NCBI GenBank assembly: GCA_034226945.1
Contig: CP120463.1
Location: forward strand, 310,001 to 374,000
Reading direction: 5' to 3'
DNA: 64,000 bases
Origin: Picochlorum sp. SENEW3
Lineage: Eukaryota
Positions 24,640 to 35,600 of the stretch are shown here, in pieces. The notes beneath the pieces are model-generated. The model ran no database searches. It was given only the letters and a program-made list of their open reading frames with translations, and was not told where the DNA came from. The translations under genes and the position numbers were made by a program. Each line of letters opens with the position of its first letter. The first letter of the stretch is position 1.

Positions 24640-27600
24640 TCATTCGAAAAAATCTTCATTATCAAATAATGTTGCGAACAGAATTCCTCCAACAAACAGT
24701 CCTATGAGAATGAAGCCGTTTACGACAAAAAACATAATGGTCTTTGCTGGACTATGCTTGTCATCAAAGTTTGGACGAGCGGCAATGGTGTGCTCATACT
24801 CGTATGCTGGAACCACTGGCATGATGAAGCTTCCAGACCTCATAGAGGTTAATTTAACAATGGTTTGCGATGGTAATGATGGTATTGACGTGGTTCTCAT
24901 GGATCCATAAACAATGCTTCTAGTCTTTGTGTTTGAGACGGGTTTGATTTCTACTGAGCCAGCTTCGGGATCAATATGCATGGAAACCATGCGTGTATCG
25001 ATTTCGCTACCCCTTGATGGTTTGGGCTCGGGCAATACTGTTGCTGCAGAGCATAGTGATGGCAATGGTGGTTTATTGGTAGGTATGAAAATAGATGTAA
25101 GACATGGCACTACTATTCACGTACATGAGAAGGGCCCAATGTGGGATAAAGATTCGATTGATCTGCTGGGCAATGAGACTCGTCCAATACTTGATAAACC
25201 AGCGTGGTGTCTGGTCTGGCTTCCTTGCTGCACAAGCATGTGGAAAATATATTCAGTAAAAGCTTTCTCTACATGTGAACCATGAAACGTACCACGGAAC
25301 TGTGTAGAAAAGAGAAGGACTCTTCTTTGCTGGGCTTTTCAAGTCCTTTTCCTCCACTTTTTCCGTGTCTCGATTGAGATTCCAGTGAGTCAAGCTCCTT
25401 GTCGTACTCTTCCTCTGGATGCTCCATCATTGCAAATGGTGACATTTCAAAGAGATCGTCATCCTCAAAATGTGGACTGAATGTGGCATGCACTTTTGAT
25501 AATGATTCGGCTGCGACTTGCATTGCATTTTGAGCAGTGACTTTTGGTGTTTGCTTCTCTTTTGCTCCTTTACTCGACATCGTATCTGATCTTCTCAAGG
25601 AGAAGAGTCTTGAGAATTTCTTGACCAGCCGGTTATTCTCGTCCACTTCAAAAGCATTGGGATTGTAGAAGGGATCCCACGCGATGCGCCACCCTTGTTC
25701 TGTTTCACGTCGAGGTAGGAGTGTTTCGATAGGTGGCCACATGTAACATATCATGACCAAGCCCCAGCCTGCCACAGAAATATAAATGACACACTCTGCA
25801 GCATTGAATGAGCCCTTTGCTGCAAACACAATAAAATGGACGAGGCCTCCAATGTACACTAGAATGTACGCAATATACGGCCAAATACAAAGAAAATTTA
25901 CCCAAAACCCTTCGCTGTCGCGAGTCTTTCGGGTGACTTTAAACTGAATGCTAATGTATATCTGCAAGAAGGAGAACAATGAGACCAGTGTGAGATATTG
26001 TGAGACCCTAATACGACCATGTATATATCTTAATCAATACCTTGAACACTCTTAATATGGACCAAATCAAATACTTCAAAGTTGCTCTTATGTTGTTGTA
26101 TATCAGCCAAATAGAAAGTTGTGAGCCTCGCCACAGTTCCAAAGATTCACCTAGGCAACCTCTGTAGAGGACCAATATGGCGATGCGATTGGCAAAGTAC
26201 ATGCAACCAAAGTATATCACAAACTCCCACAAGCGACTGACCAGAATGGGAGCAAATCCTGAGTACAAATACACCAAGGGTGATATGGCAAACAAAGCAT
26301 AGGGATACGCCATGAAATGATAGGCGCTGGCTTCAAAAAAGAGGCAAGATTGAGGAAATGTCAGCCCAGCTTTTAACAGAGGATTGTCAAGTGTTAATAT
26401 TTGCAGGGATCCAAGAGCCCAGCGATAGCGTTGTGCGAACACGGCCGAGATGGTAGTTGGGGCCATGCCATGGACCAGCCTTTCCTCAACAAATAAGGAT
26501 GTAAAGCCAGAGGCTAAAAACTCCATTGCTGTGAAGTAATCCTCTGTTATGCTACCAAAACTCTGTCCTCCAATACTTAAAAGAGCTTTCCTATTAAAAA
26601 TAGCACCTACATTGATACAAATATCAGCTTAAGCCATAGGAGGAATCGCTCATAGCAATCAGTTGTGACAACCAACCTGTTCCACAGCAGGGAGATGCAC
26701 CAATGCCATCCCTGCCGCTCAACATTTTAGAGTAGAAGAATCGAGCACAGTTGACGAAGGGATCAGAGCGATGGACATTCCAAAAGTCTTGTGGGGTCTG
26801 TAATAAGGCAGCAAATCTCTTCTTCCTCCAAGAGACCATGCCTCCTTCAGTCATGTTTGTATCCTCATTCTGCCTATACATATGACCGACAGTATGTGCC
26901 AAAAAATTAGGATGAACAACCATATCCGCGTCTAGCGTCAAAATATAATCAGCATCAATAGAGGATTCCTTGAAAAGCCCATTATTAATGTTGCCAGATT
27001 TAGCATGGTGGTCAATACCCTTCTTCCTTGTTCTGGTCACATACTTAAGAGTGACTCTCCTATCAACATAGCGCATCTGAGACCGCAAATCTTTGACCAT
27101 TTTGGCCATCTCTGGTCTATTACCATCATCCAACACCATGACGCACAATTTTTCTCCAGGGTAGTCCATATTGATGGCAGCAATGGTAGTTGGCTCGACA
27201 ACATCACGGTCCTCTGTATATGTGACAATAAAGACATCTACTTTGGGAAACAGTTCATCCCTCGGAAGCATCTCATGGATATCACGCTTGGGTCTCAAAG
27301 CTGGCTGCCACATGCTCATAAAGAAGATGTGACCCATGACACCATTGGCAAATTCACAGAGCCAAAAGATGGCACTGTAAATGTAACCCAGCCCAAACTG
27401 CAGTGATCGTAGCGCACGCCATACTATATACACTTCAAATACTGCTAATGATAATATGCTTGTCAAACGACTCAGTCTCAGCCTCTTTGGCTTCTCAGTG
27501 CCAGGTGTGCCAAACCCATCAAATGAAGGAAGCATCCATGCATCATCTGTAATCTTTTCAAAATATGTTTCATCATCCTTGTCAAAAAGCAGCCAAACGT

Positions 27601-28240
27601 TCTCACTCTTAATATATACTTTGTTTATCAAATCATCCTTGCTAGGAATGCCGGTGACTTTGCCATCTTCGCTGAAATCTGAGAGAAAGGACACTGTGGC
27701 ATGGCAACCATTGTCAGATGCTAGTTTCAGGGCTGTATTCCCAAATGCATCTTCAGCCAAGACATTCGCTCCGAATGTTATCAAAATTTTGACAGATAGC
27801 AAATTTCCACGTGTTGAAGCCAACATGAGGGGCGTAAGTCCCCAGCCATCTTCACGAACAGCTTCTATATCAGCACCATGCTGACACAACCAAAGGACTG
27901 CCCCAGCCTCGCCTTGCGCACTTGCTGCATGTAGAGCTGTAAATCCTTTTACACTCGAGTTGACGTCAAATGCTGTACCAGCGGCATCTTTGATTGCTTC
28001 CATCACAGCAACATTCCCGCTAGCAGCAGCATATCTTAACCTTCCCTTCAGCACGCTGGACATCTTCCCACGTGCCCGAATCCATCGAAAGGCGATGATC
28101 GAGACAATCAAGAACAAGACGAAGCTCACAGAAGACACAAGAAGCCATACTCCATTGATATCAACGAGGCCTTGTGTTCGCACTGACACTCCACTGAGCG
28201 CCCCACCGTCAGTTTGCGCATACGGCGTGTCCTCAGCCAT
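24640..28240 (-). CDS. Processive GT2 cellulose-synthase-like (BcsA/CesA-type) glycosyltransferase fused to N-terminal ankyrin repeats, 5 exons
   Basis: Exons 28240-26677, 26606-26041, 25961-25293, 25227-25125 and about 25045-24640. Ankyrin 'GFTALHAAS/GLTPLMLAS/GNTALKLAS'. GT2 motifs DVFIVTYTE, LDDG, HAKSGN, DAD, QTPQ, CGTG, TED, QRYRW and FKVTRK. Confidence 0.88.
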
Positions 28241-28614
28241 CCGGTGAACCAGAACTCACACTACCCAGTTTTTACCTAAAATACTAGATACTTTAATACC
28301 ATTGTTATTAATGAATTTTATATCCGAGAGGATGTCCCGTCGTCCGAGGCATCGTACCGAGCAGTACCTTGTAACTGACACGTCATCCGCGCCCCTTGTC
28401 GACCCAGCGGGATCTGCAGTTTCTCCCCAGTTTCCTAGGGAAGACGGCTCGGTTTCCGCTAGTCATTCAAAGGCACACATCTGGGCTTCTTCTGCCATCA
28501 TCTGCGTGTCTCTGTAACTAGAAGTGGGCGATGCATCCAGCATTGGACGGCAGTCATGATTTGGTGTTCAAACGTTGCAGCAATTGTTACATTCAATGTG
28601 TATGATTCGTTGAT

Positions 28615-29334
28615 TTATTTTGGTGCTTGCGGACGAGATTTCAAAAATTCGAGCATCTTGGATCCACCAGAGATGTCAACCTTGCCCAAACTTTCTTCGA
28701 CAAGAACTTTCAGAATAACACCATCCTCCAAGGCCACAGAATATCTCAATGACGCAGGCCCAGAGCCATTGGAATCAACTTCCATCCCAAGAATTCGAGT
28801 GAATCCACCGTTGGGATCCGCTGCTAAAGTGATATCACTTCCAATTCCATTCTCTTTGGCCCACGTGTCAACCTCTGCTGCGTCTCCTCTGGAAACACAG
28901 ATGATTTGTGTCACTCCTTGTCTCCTCATGCCCTCCAACTCCTTGAGATATCCTGGCACGTGTGTTTTAGTGCACACATCTCCTCGATCAGGAACCCCAA
29001 ACAGAACGGTGAGTTGATCCTGTACCATCAGCAATAAAATAAAGTCAAAGAATATCCTAGATTCACCAACAAGTACCGACGACCCTACCTTGAAGAGCTC
29101 AGACAGTGGAACACTTGTACCTCCAACTACTAATTTGATGTTGCCTGCTGCTCCTAATTTCAAGTCTCTTCTTCTATTAAGACCTATATTGCATGCAATC
29201 TGCGACAAATCCGAATCAATGTGCCCTTCAGGGACATCGTAGAACTTTTTACTGCCAGCAGCTGCTTCCGCAGAGAAGGCTCGTTGTAAAACACGACAAT
29301 GGCCCTGGCGCGCAATTCGCTGTAATAATGCCAT
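28615..29334 (-). CDS. Type II peroxiredoxin-like (Redoxin fold) protein, mitochondrial presequence, atypical active site
   Basis: 'VLFGVPDRGDVCTKTHVPGY…ICVS…ADPNGGFTRILG…SLRYSVALEDG' follows the Prx5 pattern. Probable in-frame 69-nt intron at 29088-29020. Confidence 0.8.
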   Translation of the reverse strand: MALLQRIARQGHCRVLQRAFSAEAAAGSKKFYDVPEGHIDSDLSQIACNIGLNRRRDLKLGAAGNIKLVVGGTSVPLSELFKVGSSVLVGESRIFFDFILLLMVQDQLTVLFGVPDRGDVCTKTHVPGYLKELEGMRRQGVTQIICVSRGDAAEVDTWAKENGIGSDITLAADPNGGFTRILGMEVDSNGSGPASLRYSVALEDGVILKVLVEESLGKVDISGGSKMLEFLKSRPQAPK

Positions 29335-29513
29335 TGTGACTATTAATCTATGTTATATCTGGGGGGAGAGAGCCAATCGTTGGAATTTTTCATCCAATCT
29401 GAGGATTGATTGTAGTAGTACGTCCCTGCTGTTGGAGGGATCCCATGGTAGAATTACAGTACCACATATGTGGTACTGCGAAAGTGGTTGGAAAAGAAAA
29501 AGGTGGTTACATA

Positions 29514-31180
29514 TTATTTCTCCTGGGGTATAAGAACATTCAGCAAATATGTATGCAATTCATCTCTATGAAGCATTGGAAGCATTCCATCCGCAATGAT
29601 TTTCGATGCCTGCTCGCATATGCTGGATTGGCAATCCACCATGTACTTTTTCACCGCTGTTGTCACACACGCCAGCATGATGGCCTCCTCATCCGAAGGA
29701 GCTGCTGCTTCTGTCTGCTGAGCAATGTCGTTGAACAAAGCTTTTTCTGCCTCCAAGCGCTGTTCATCATCATCGTCCTCGTCTTCTATGGTGACCCCGT
29801 GAGATTTGAGTGTCTTGGTGCGGACTGGCTTTTTCATCTTCTTCTGACTGTTTTCCTCTTCATGTTTCTTCTCTTTTGAATCTTCCTGCGTACCATCCTC
29901 CTCGAATATTTGAGTTGAAATTTTTCTTTCCGCAGTGCCTTCTGAAGGTGTTGTAGAGTTACCTTTGATGGACTCGCCAACAATGGCCTTTCCAATCATA
30001 TCCAGCCACTCTGATTTGCTCGACATGGTGGGTGCTCTCAATGTCAGTGATACCATGTCTGACTTTGTCTTTCCTCCATGAAAGAATGCTTTATCATTTG
30101 TAGTATGCCTTGTTGAATTTTCTCCTGAAAAGACGACTCTAAATGTCAATTCATTTGCTCCATCTTCGTGCACATCTGGAAAGACTGAGCATCCAACCAA
30201 GGATGCTGCACCCCTGGCAGGTTGCTCTTCAGGATGTGCAAAATACCACAGCCGCTTCTTCTCCGCTGATAATACCACCCATCTTCTCTGCCATCGTCCA
30301 AATCGATTCTTTTTCTCCAACCATCCCATGTAGAATTGTGCGCAGGCCAACGGCTCTGCAGCAACACTCCGAGCCTCAAGGTTGACAGCGTGAGAGGACA
30401 AGGAGTCCCTCTTCATCGCCACAATATCCGCGTGCTGCAGCTTGAGATTCTTCATGGATATCTGAATCATATTCTGGTAATGGTTAATCAGACGCTCTGT
30501 CTGTTTTCGAGACTCTTCTTCGAGCAAATCGTCGATTGCCCCTCTCAAATTGCGAAACCTCTGAGGGTCTGGAAATTCAACCTCTGCATGCAAGTTTCTG
30601 CTCAGCTGATCCCACGTTCTATCCTTCCAGTCATCAATACTTTCGTATGCTTGTTCTTCCATCAACTGTTTCAATCCTTCATTGCTGGGCGCTTTCAACA
30701 GCTCACATTCTTCCATGGCCAGTTCAGCAGCTTTGCGAGTAATACCATGCACATCATCCAATACTTGCTTCAGTGGGGCATAGTACAATGTAATAAGCTC
30801 TCGAATCATTCCTCGAACACCTTCCTCTGGCGCATGGATCCATGTACGCCATCCATAGCATCGTTTGAAGATTCTGTGGGCAGAGTCCATGTGGAGGTGT
30901 GACTGCATGTCCACCTGCTGAAGATCCCTGTGGATTCGTTGGTGATGAATGGCAGTCGCAATGTCGGACTTGAGAGAAGAGTTACACGCGTCTGAGAACA
31001 GATCAATAAATTCCTCGGCGCATTCGACGACCTACGTCACACACATGTCTGGTTAGTACACCATCACCTCCACACGAATCAATCATGTCGTCATACCATT
31101 GCTGTATACGCTTTGTATTCCTCATCTTCACTGGAATCTTTCTTCTTTGAATCACTCTTAGATGCGTGCTTCCCAATCAT
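29514..31180 (-). CDS. PH-domain protein with dynamin middle/GED-like helical regions, no GTPase domain, 2 exons
   Basis: Exon 31180 (or 31387)-31097, intron 31096-31032, exon 31031-29514. PH 'GWLEKKNRFGRWQRRWVVL…LWYF…KSEWLDMI'. 'CYGWRTWIHAPEEGVRGMI' aligns by eye to DRP1 'ADGIQPHLVAPEAGYRRLL'. Confidence 0.7.
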
Positions 31181-31603
31181 ATCGACCGCGTTTCCTTTCT
31201 CGAAGCCTCTGCTGTTGCTGGTTTGGTTGAGGTCAGACCACACAGTCTGTTCTGGACAATATACCGCAATGCTCGTGCTCCTCACTGCTATGAATGCCGG
31301 AACGAACAACCGTATATTCTTTTGATACAACTGTTGTACACTCTTGTGAATTCTAAAGGTCGTACACGGCCGGGTTCGGGCACCCATGCGTCGGGTTTGT
31401 TACACCAAGGGCCGCATACGCTGTACAGGGCCCAGGGCGCCTTCTTCACTACAGAGGACGGATGCACTTCAAAATGCAGCCACTCCTACACCTCCATATG
31501 GACATGGTACCCATTAAATCATTTCCAAGTATCCAAAAGTATCACAATGACTCCACATATCTGTATATAGAATATGCCAGCGAATGTGAGATAGAGACCG
31601 CAC

Positions 31604-32335
31604 ATGCCAATCCTAGCGAGACCAGTCCTGGTCTGTCATCGCATATGCTCTCCATTGCTCAATTTGAGGTTATTATCTCACCCAATTTCATCCATAAAAT
31701 CTTACCAACCAGTGAGGCATACATATGTGCGGGAATTCACTGACAAGACCAAGGCCTACTGGAACACAGAAACACTTCAGGAGAAGAAGAAGAGGAACAA
31801 TGCAGTCAGCAACGCAGCACCATGCTCAGATGAAATAGATCAAATCACTCAAAAGGATGAAGGATACATGAAGATGGCGTTACAACAAGCCGAAGAGGCT
31901 TTTGCTCTTGGAGAAGTGCCAGTTGGCGCTGTGCTCGTCGCTCCATCTGGCCAAGTAATCTCAGCTGCGCACAACACCACAGAAACGGACCACGATCCGA
32001 CTTGCCATGCTGAGATGACATGTATACGACAAGCGTGTGCTGTATCACAGGGATGGAGGCTTCTAGACTGCACCCTATATGTGACCTTAGAGCCCTGTCC
32101 CATGTGTGCTGGAGCTATACTGCAGTCTCGGGTGGGCACCGTGGTATACGGCGCTCCCAATCCTCTTCTAGGTGCTGATGGAAGCTGGATACGAATGTTT
32201 CCATCGAATGGATGTGTAGACAGTAAAACGTTGCATCCATTTCATCCAGACATTGTTGTTCGTCGAGGGGTGTGTGCAGACGAGTGTGCCTCAATCATAA
32301 AAAAGTTTTTCAAAATACGCCGTCAGGAATCATAA
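31604..32335 (+). CDS. TADA: tRNA(adenine34) deaminase, bacterial-type TadA, organelle-targeted
   Basis: GEVPVGAV, HAE and TLEPCPMC motifs with an N-terminal extension. Confidence 0.92.
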   Translation: MPILARPVLVCHRICSPLLNLRLLSHPISSIKSYQPVRHTYVREFTDKTKAYWNTETLQEKKKRNNAVSNAAPCSDEIDQITQKDEGYMKMALQQAEEAFALGEVPVGAVLVAPSGQVISAAHNTTETDHDPTCHAEMTCIRQACAVSQGWRLLDCTLYVTLEPCPMCAGAILQSRVGTVVYGAPNPLLGADGSWIRMFPSNGCVDSKTLHPFHPDIVVRRGVCADECASIIKKFFKIRRQES

Positions 32336-32667
32336 TGGCTCATTCCGAGTGGCCACAACAACAGATATTGTACGCATCTATATGAAAGTAATAATTGGTA
32401 TCGTCTTTCTGGACGTTCATGGCCTGTCATGAAGCATCTTCATTGAAGATCGGCTTGCCTATAAGGCACACCTGCTCCACACCGTAGACATTAGAATTAA
32501 TATTTAGAAGAAAAATTGTTATTTATATTAAAAAAGTAAGCCTGTAGGGCCTCGTGAAGACAGGTTCCTCCTCTCAAGGCATCACAGTTCAAAGCAGACA
32601 CTGTAGAGAGCATAGCCTATACGAGTTTCAGTCACGCGTGGTTTCACAATTAATGAATAGATAAAAA

Positions 32668-35600
32668 ATGGTTTTTGGCTCAATGGGTAATCAAGGTACG
32701 TTGCGTAGGCTTTACCTGAGCATAATTGTTACACGGAATGACATCCACGTGCTACACGGGTGGCGTGACTCTCTGCATACGTCTAGAAATCACCATCTAT
32801 GTCCTATTGATGCAGGATTTGGGGGTGGACAGGCGAGCCCTTTCGGAGCAGGCTCAAGCCAAACGCCCCTCGGTGGACAGTCTGCGCCAGGATTCGGACA
32901 AAGTCCGTCTCCATTTGGGGGTGGAGGGTCAGTCTTTGGTCAGGTATGTGATTTTATAGATATGATGGAGCCGTATGGGGTGTTTAGTCTGACAGAATGT
33001 GTATATGTGTGCAGCAAACGCAGCCAGGCGGTTTTGGAGCTCAGGGTGGCACCGGTGCGTTTGGTGGTGGTGCGACTGGGGGATTCGGGTCTTCACAGAC
33101 GGGTGCATTTGGTTCACAAAGTGCTGGACAGCCGTTTGGTGGAGGATCTGCCTTTGGAGCCAAGCCAGCCGGAGGTGGCTTTGGTTTTGGTCAGTCTAGC
33201 ACACCATCGACTGGTTTTGGGGCTCCTCAGAGTCAGTCTGCTTTTGGGGGAGCTTCTGGATCGGGATTTGGATCTTCAACTCCATTTGGTGGAGGTGGCG
33301 CTGTCGGAGGATTCGGCCAGCAGCAGCAGCAGCAGCAGCAATCTAGTCCATTTGGCGGAACCGGCATGGGTCAATCCCAGCCTGCATTTGGGGCATCCAC
33401 GTTTGGATCGCAGACGACAGCATTTGGAGGTTCATCTCCAGGTGGTGGATTTGGTCAGGCCCAAAATAGGGGCACGAGAGGTGTGCAATGGAGGAAGACT
33501 CAAGAAGTTGATCAGAGTAGTACTGGTGCAAGAAATACAGTGCATTTCAATTCCATCTCTTGCATGCCAGAATATGCGTCAAAAAGTGTAGAAGAGTTGC
33601 GTTGGGAAGATTATCAGGATGGCAATAAGGGTGGTAATCAGCCTCAGGGTGCAGGAGGTGGTATGTTTGGACAGGCGCAGCAGCAACCACAAAATCCATT
33701 TGGTCAACAGTCGCAGCCCAGTGCGTTTGGTGCTAGTCAGACGCCGGCGTTTGGAAGTAGTGCATTTGGAGCGCCAAGCACTGGAGCAACGGGTGCGTTT
33801 GGAGCGACTCCTGCAAGCTCATCAGCATTTGGAGGGGGTGGCTTTGGAGCATCACCTACATCCACCCCAGGATTTGGGGCTGCTCCTTCGTCTACACCAA
33901 GTTTTGGTGGGTTTGGGGCAAGTTCAACTCCTGCTTTCGGGGCAACTTCTACACCCGCTTTTGGTGCTCCACAAGCATCCACGCCTGGCTTTGGAACAGG
34001 TAGTACAGGGTTTGGGATGTCTAGTGCAAGCTCTACTCCAGCATTCGGGGCCACTCCATCGTCAACACCAAGTTTTGGTGGGTTTGGTGCAAGTTCTACA
34101 CCTGCGTTTGGTGCAAGTTCGACGCCAGCCTTTGGTGCTCCCCAAGCATCCACGCCTGCATTTGGCAGCAGCCAGGCGACGCCAAGTTTGTTTGGTACAC
34201 CTGGAAGTGCACCAGCACCTTCTGCTTTTGGCACCCAACAAAGCACTCCAGCGTTTGGAGGTTTAGGATCTGCAGCTTCTAAGCCAGCTACTGGAGGGTT
34301 TTCATTTTCTGCTGGAACATCAACCCCAGGCTTTGGAGGTGGTGCATTTGGGGCAAGTTCTATGCCCTCCATGGGAACTCCTAATTCAACTCCAGCATTC
34401 GGTGGAGGGGGGTTATTTGGTGGTTCTGCAGCACCTAGCCAGCCTCAACAAGCATCGACACCCTCTTTCTCATTCGGAGGAACGCAGCCAACTCAAGGAG
34501 GACTGTTTGGAGCTGGCACACCAGGACCGGCACAGCAGCAACCTGCTCCAAATCTGGGACCATCAAGTCCTTATGGAAATATGCCAGAAGCGCCAAAAGT
34601 CACACCATTGCCAGAATATAAAGTTGGTTTGACTCAGCGTATCTTGGCACCACCATCAGCTGGTCCGCCAAGGCCTGTTGCTCTGATAACACCTCGATCA
34701 TTAACACCGCATGGTGGTGGCAAATTGCGACCAAGGACGTCCTCTTCAGCCACAAGGATGAGCAAGAGTCCTGCTGAATTTTTTGCCTCCACAAGTTTGC
34801 GAACTACCCCGTCTGGGAAGGGAGCTACACCTGGAATGGAGGGAAGTCTTTTTGTTCCAAGAGAGGATCCACGTCGTTTGTTGATTAGAGACGAGCTTCC
34901 CTCTACATCTAGCGCTCAGAAAGATTCTATGGCCAAGTCACCGTATCAGAAATTGGCAAATGGTACCAGTCCGGTAACGAATGGCCTCCATACTGATGTG
35001 ACATCTCCCTCACCATCGCTCACTTTCAAATCGCTTTCCCCTCAGAATACTGGTGGCAGATCGCCTCAAATGGATATTCTCGCTGCGTTACCAGTCCTGG
35101 AGAGAGAAGAGTACTACTTGAAGCCGTCCATGACTCAGCTTTCTGCCATGGCAAGAGAAGATCTGGATTCACTGGCCAGTGTTTCGAATTTCACTGTTGG
35201 ACGTGATGGGGTAGGGTCAGTGAGATGGCTGGATGACGTCGATGTTCGTGGTTTAGATTTGGACTCTATCGTATCACTTGCGAAAGGAAGCATAGAAGTA
35301 TACCCAGACTCATCTGTGAAGCCACCTGTTGGACAGGGACTAAACTGCCCTGCTGTGGTGTCCATGCTCAAGGTTTTCAAAACAGACAAGGCAACAGGTG
35401 AACCCACGAAAGATCCCGAGGTGGTCGAGAAGTTTACGAGAAAGTTGAAGCGAATTTGTGCAGAGCAGGGCGCCAAATTTATATCGTACGATGGCGAGAC
35501 AGGAGAATGGCAATTTGAAGTGGAACACTTTAGTAGATATGGGCTGGATGATATGTCTGATGACGAAGAAGACCTCAGAGAGGGCAAGGCAAGTGCAGAG

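Noticed and set aside
33860..34200. Repeat array considered as CRISPR-like
   Set aside because: The repeats are in-frame FG-nucleoporin coding repeats in a eukaryotic gene, with no spacers or cas genes.
33737..34372. Long antisense and alternate-frame ORFs over Nup98, and 52091-52996 antisense to the HMG gene
   Set aside because: Shadow ORFs caused by low-complexity or repetitive codons of the real genes.
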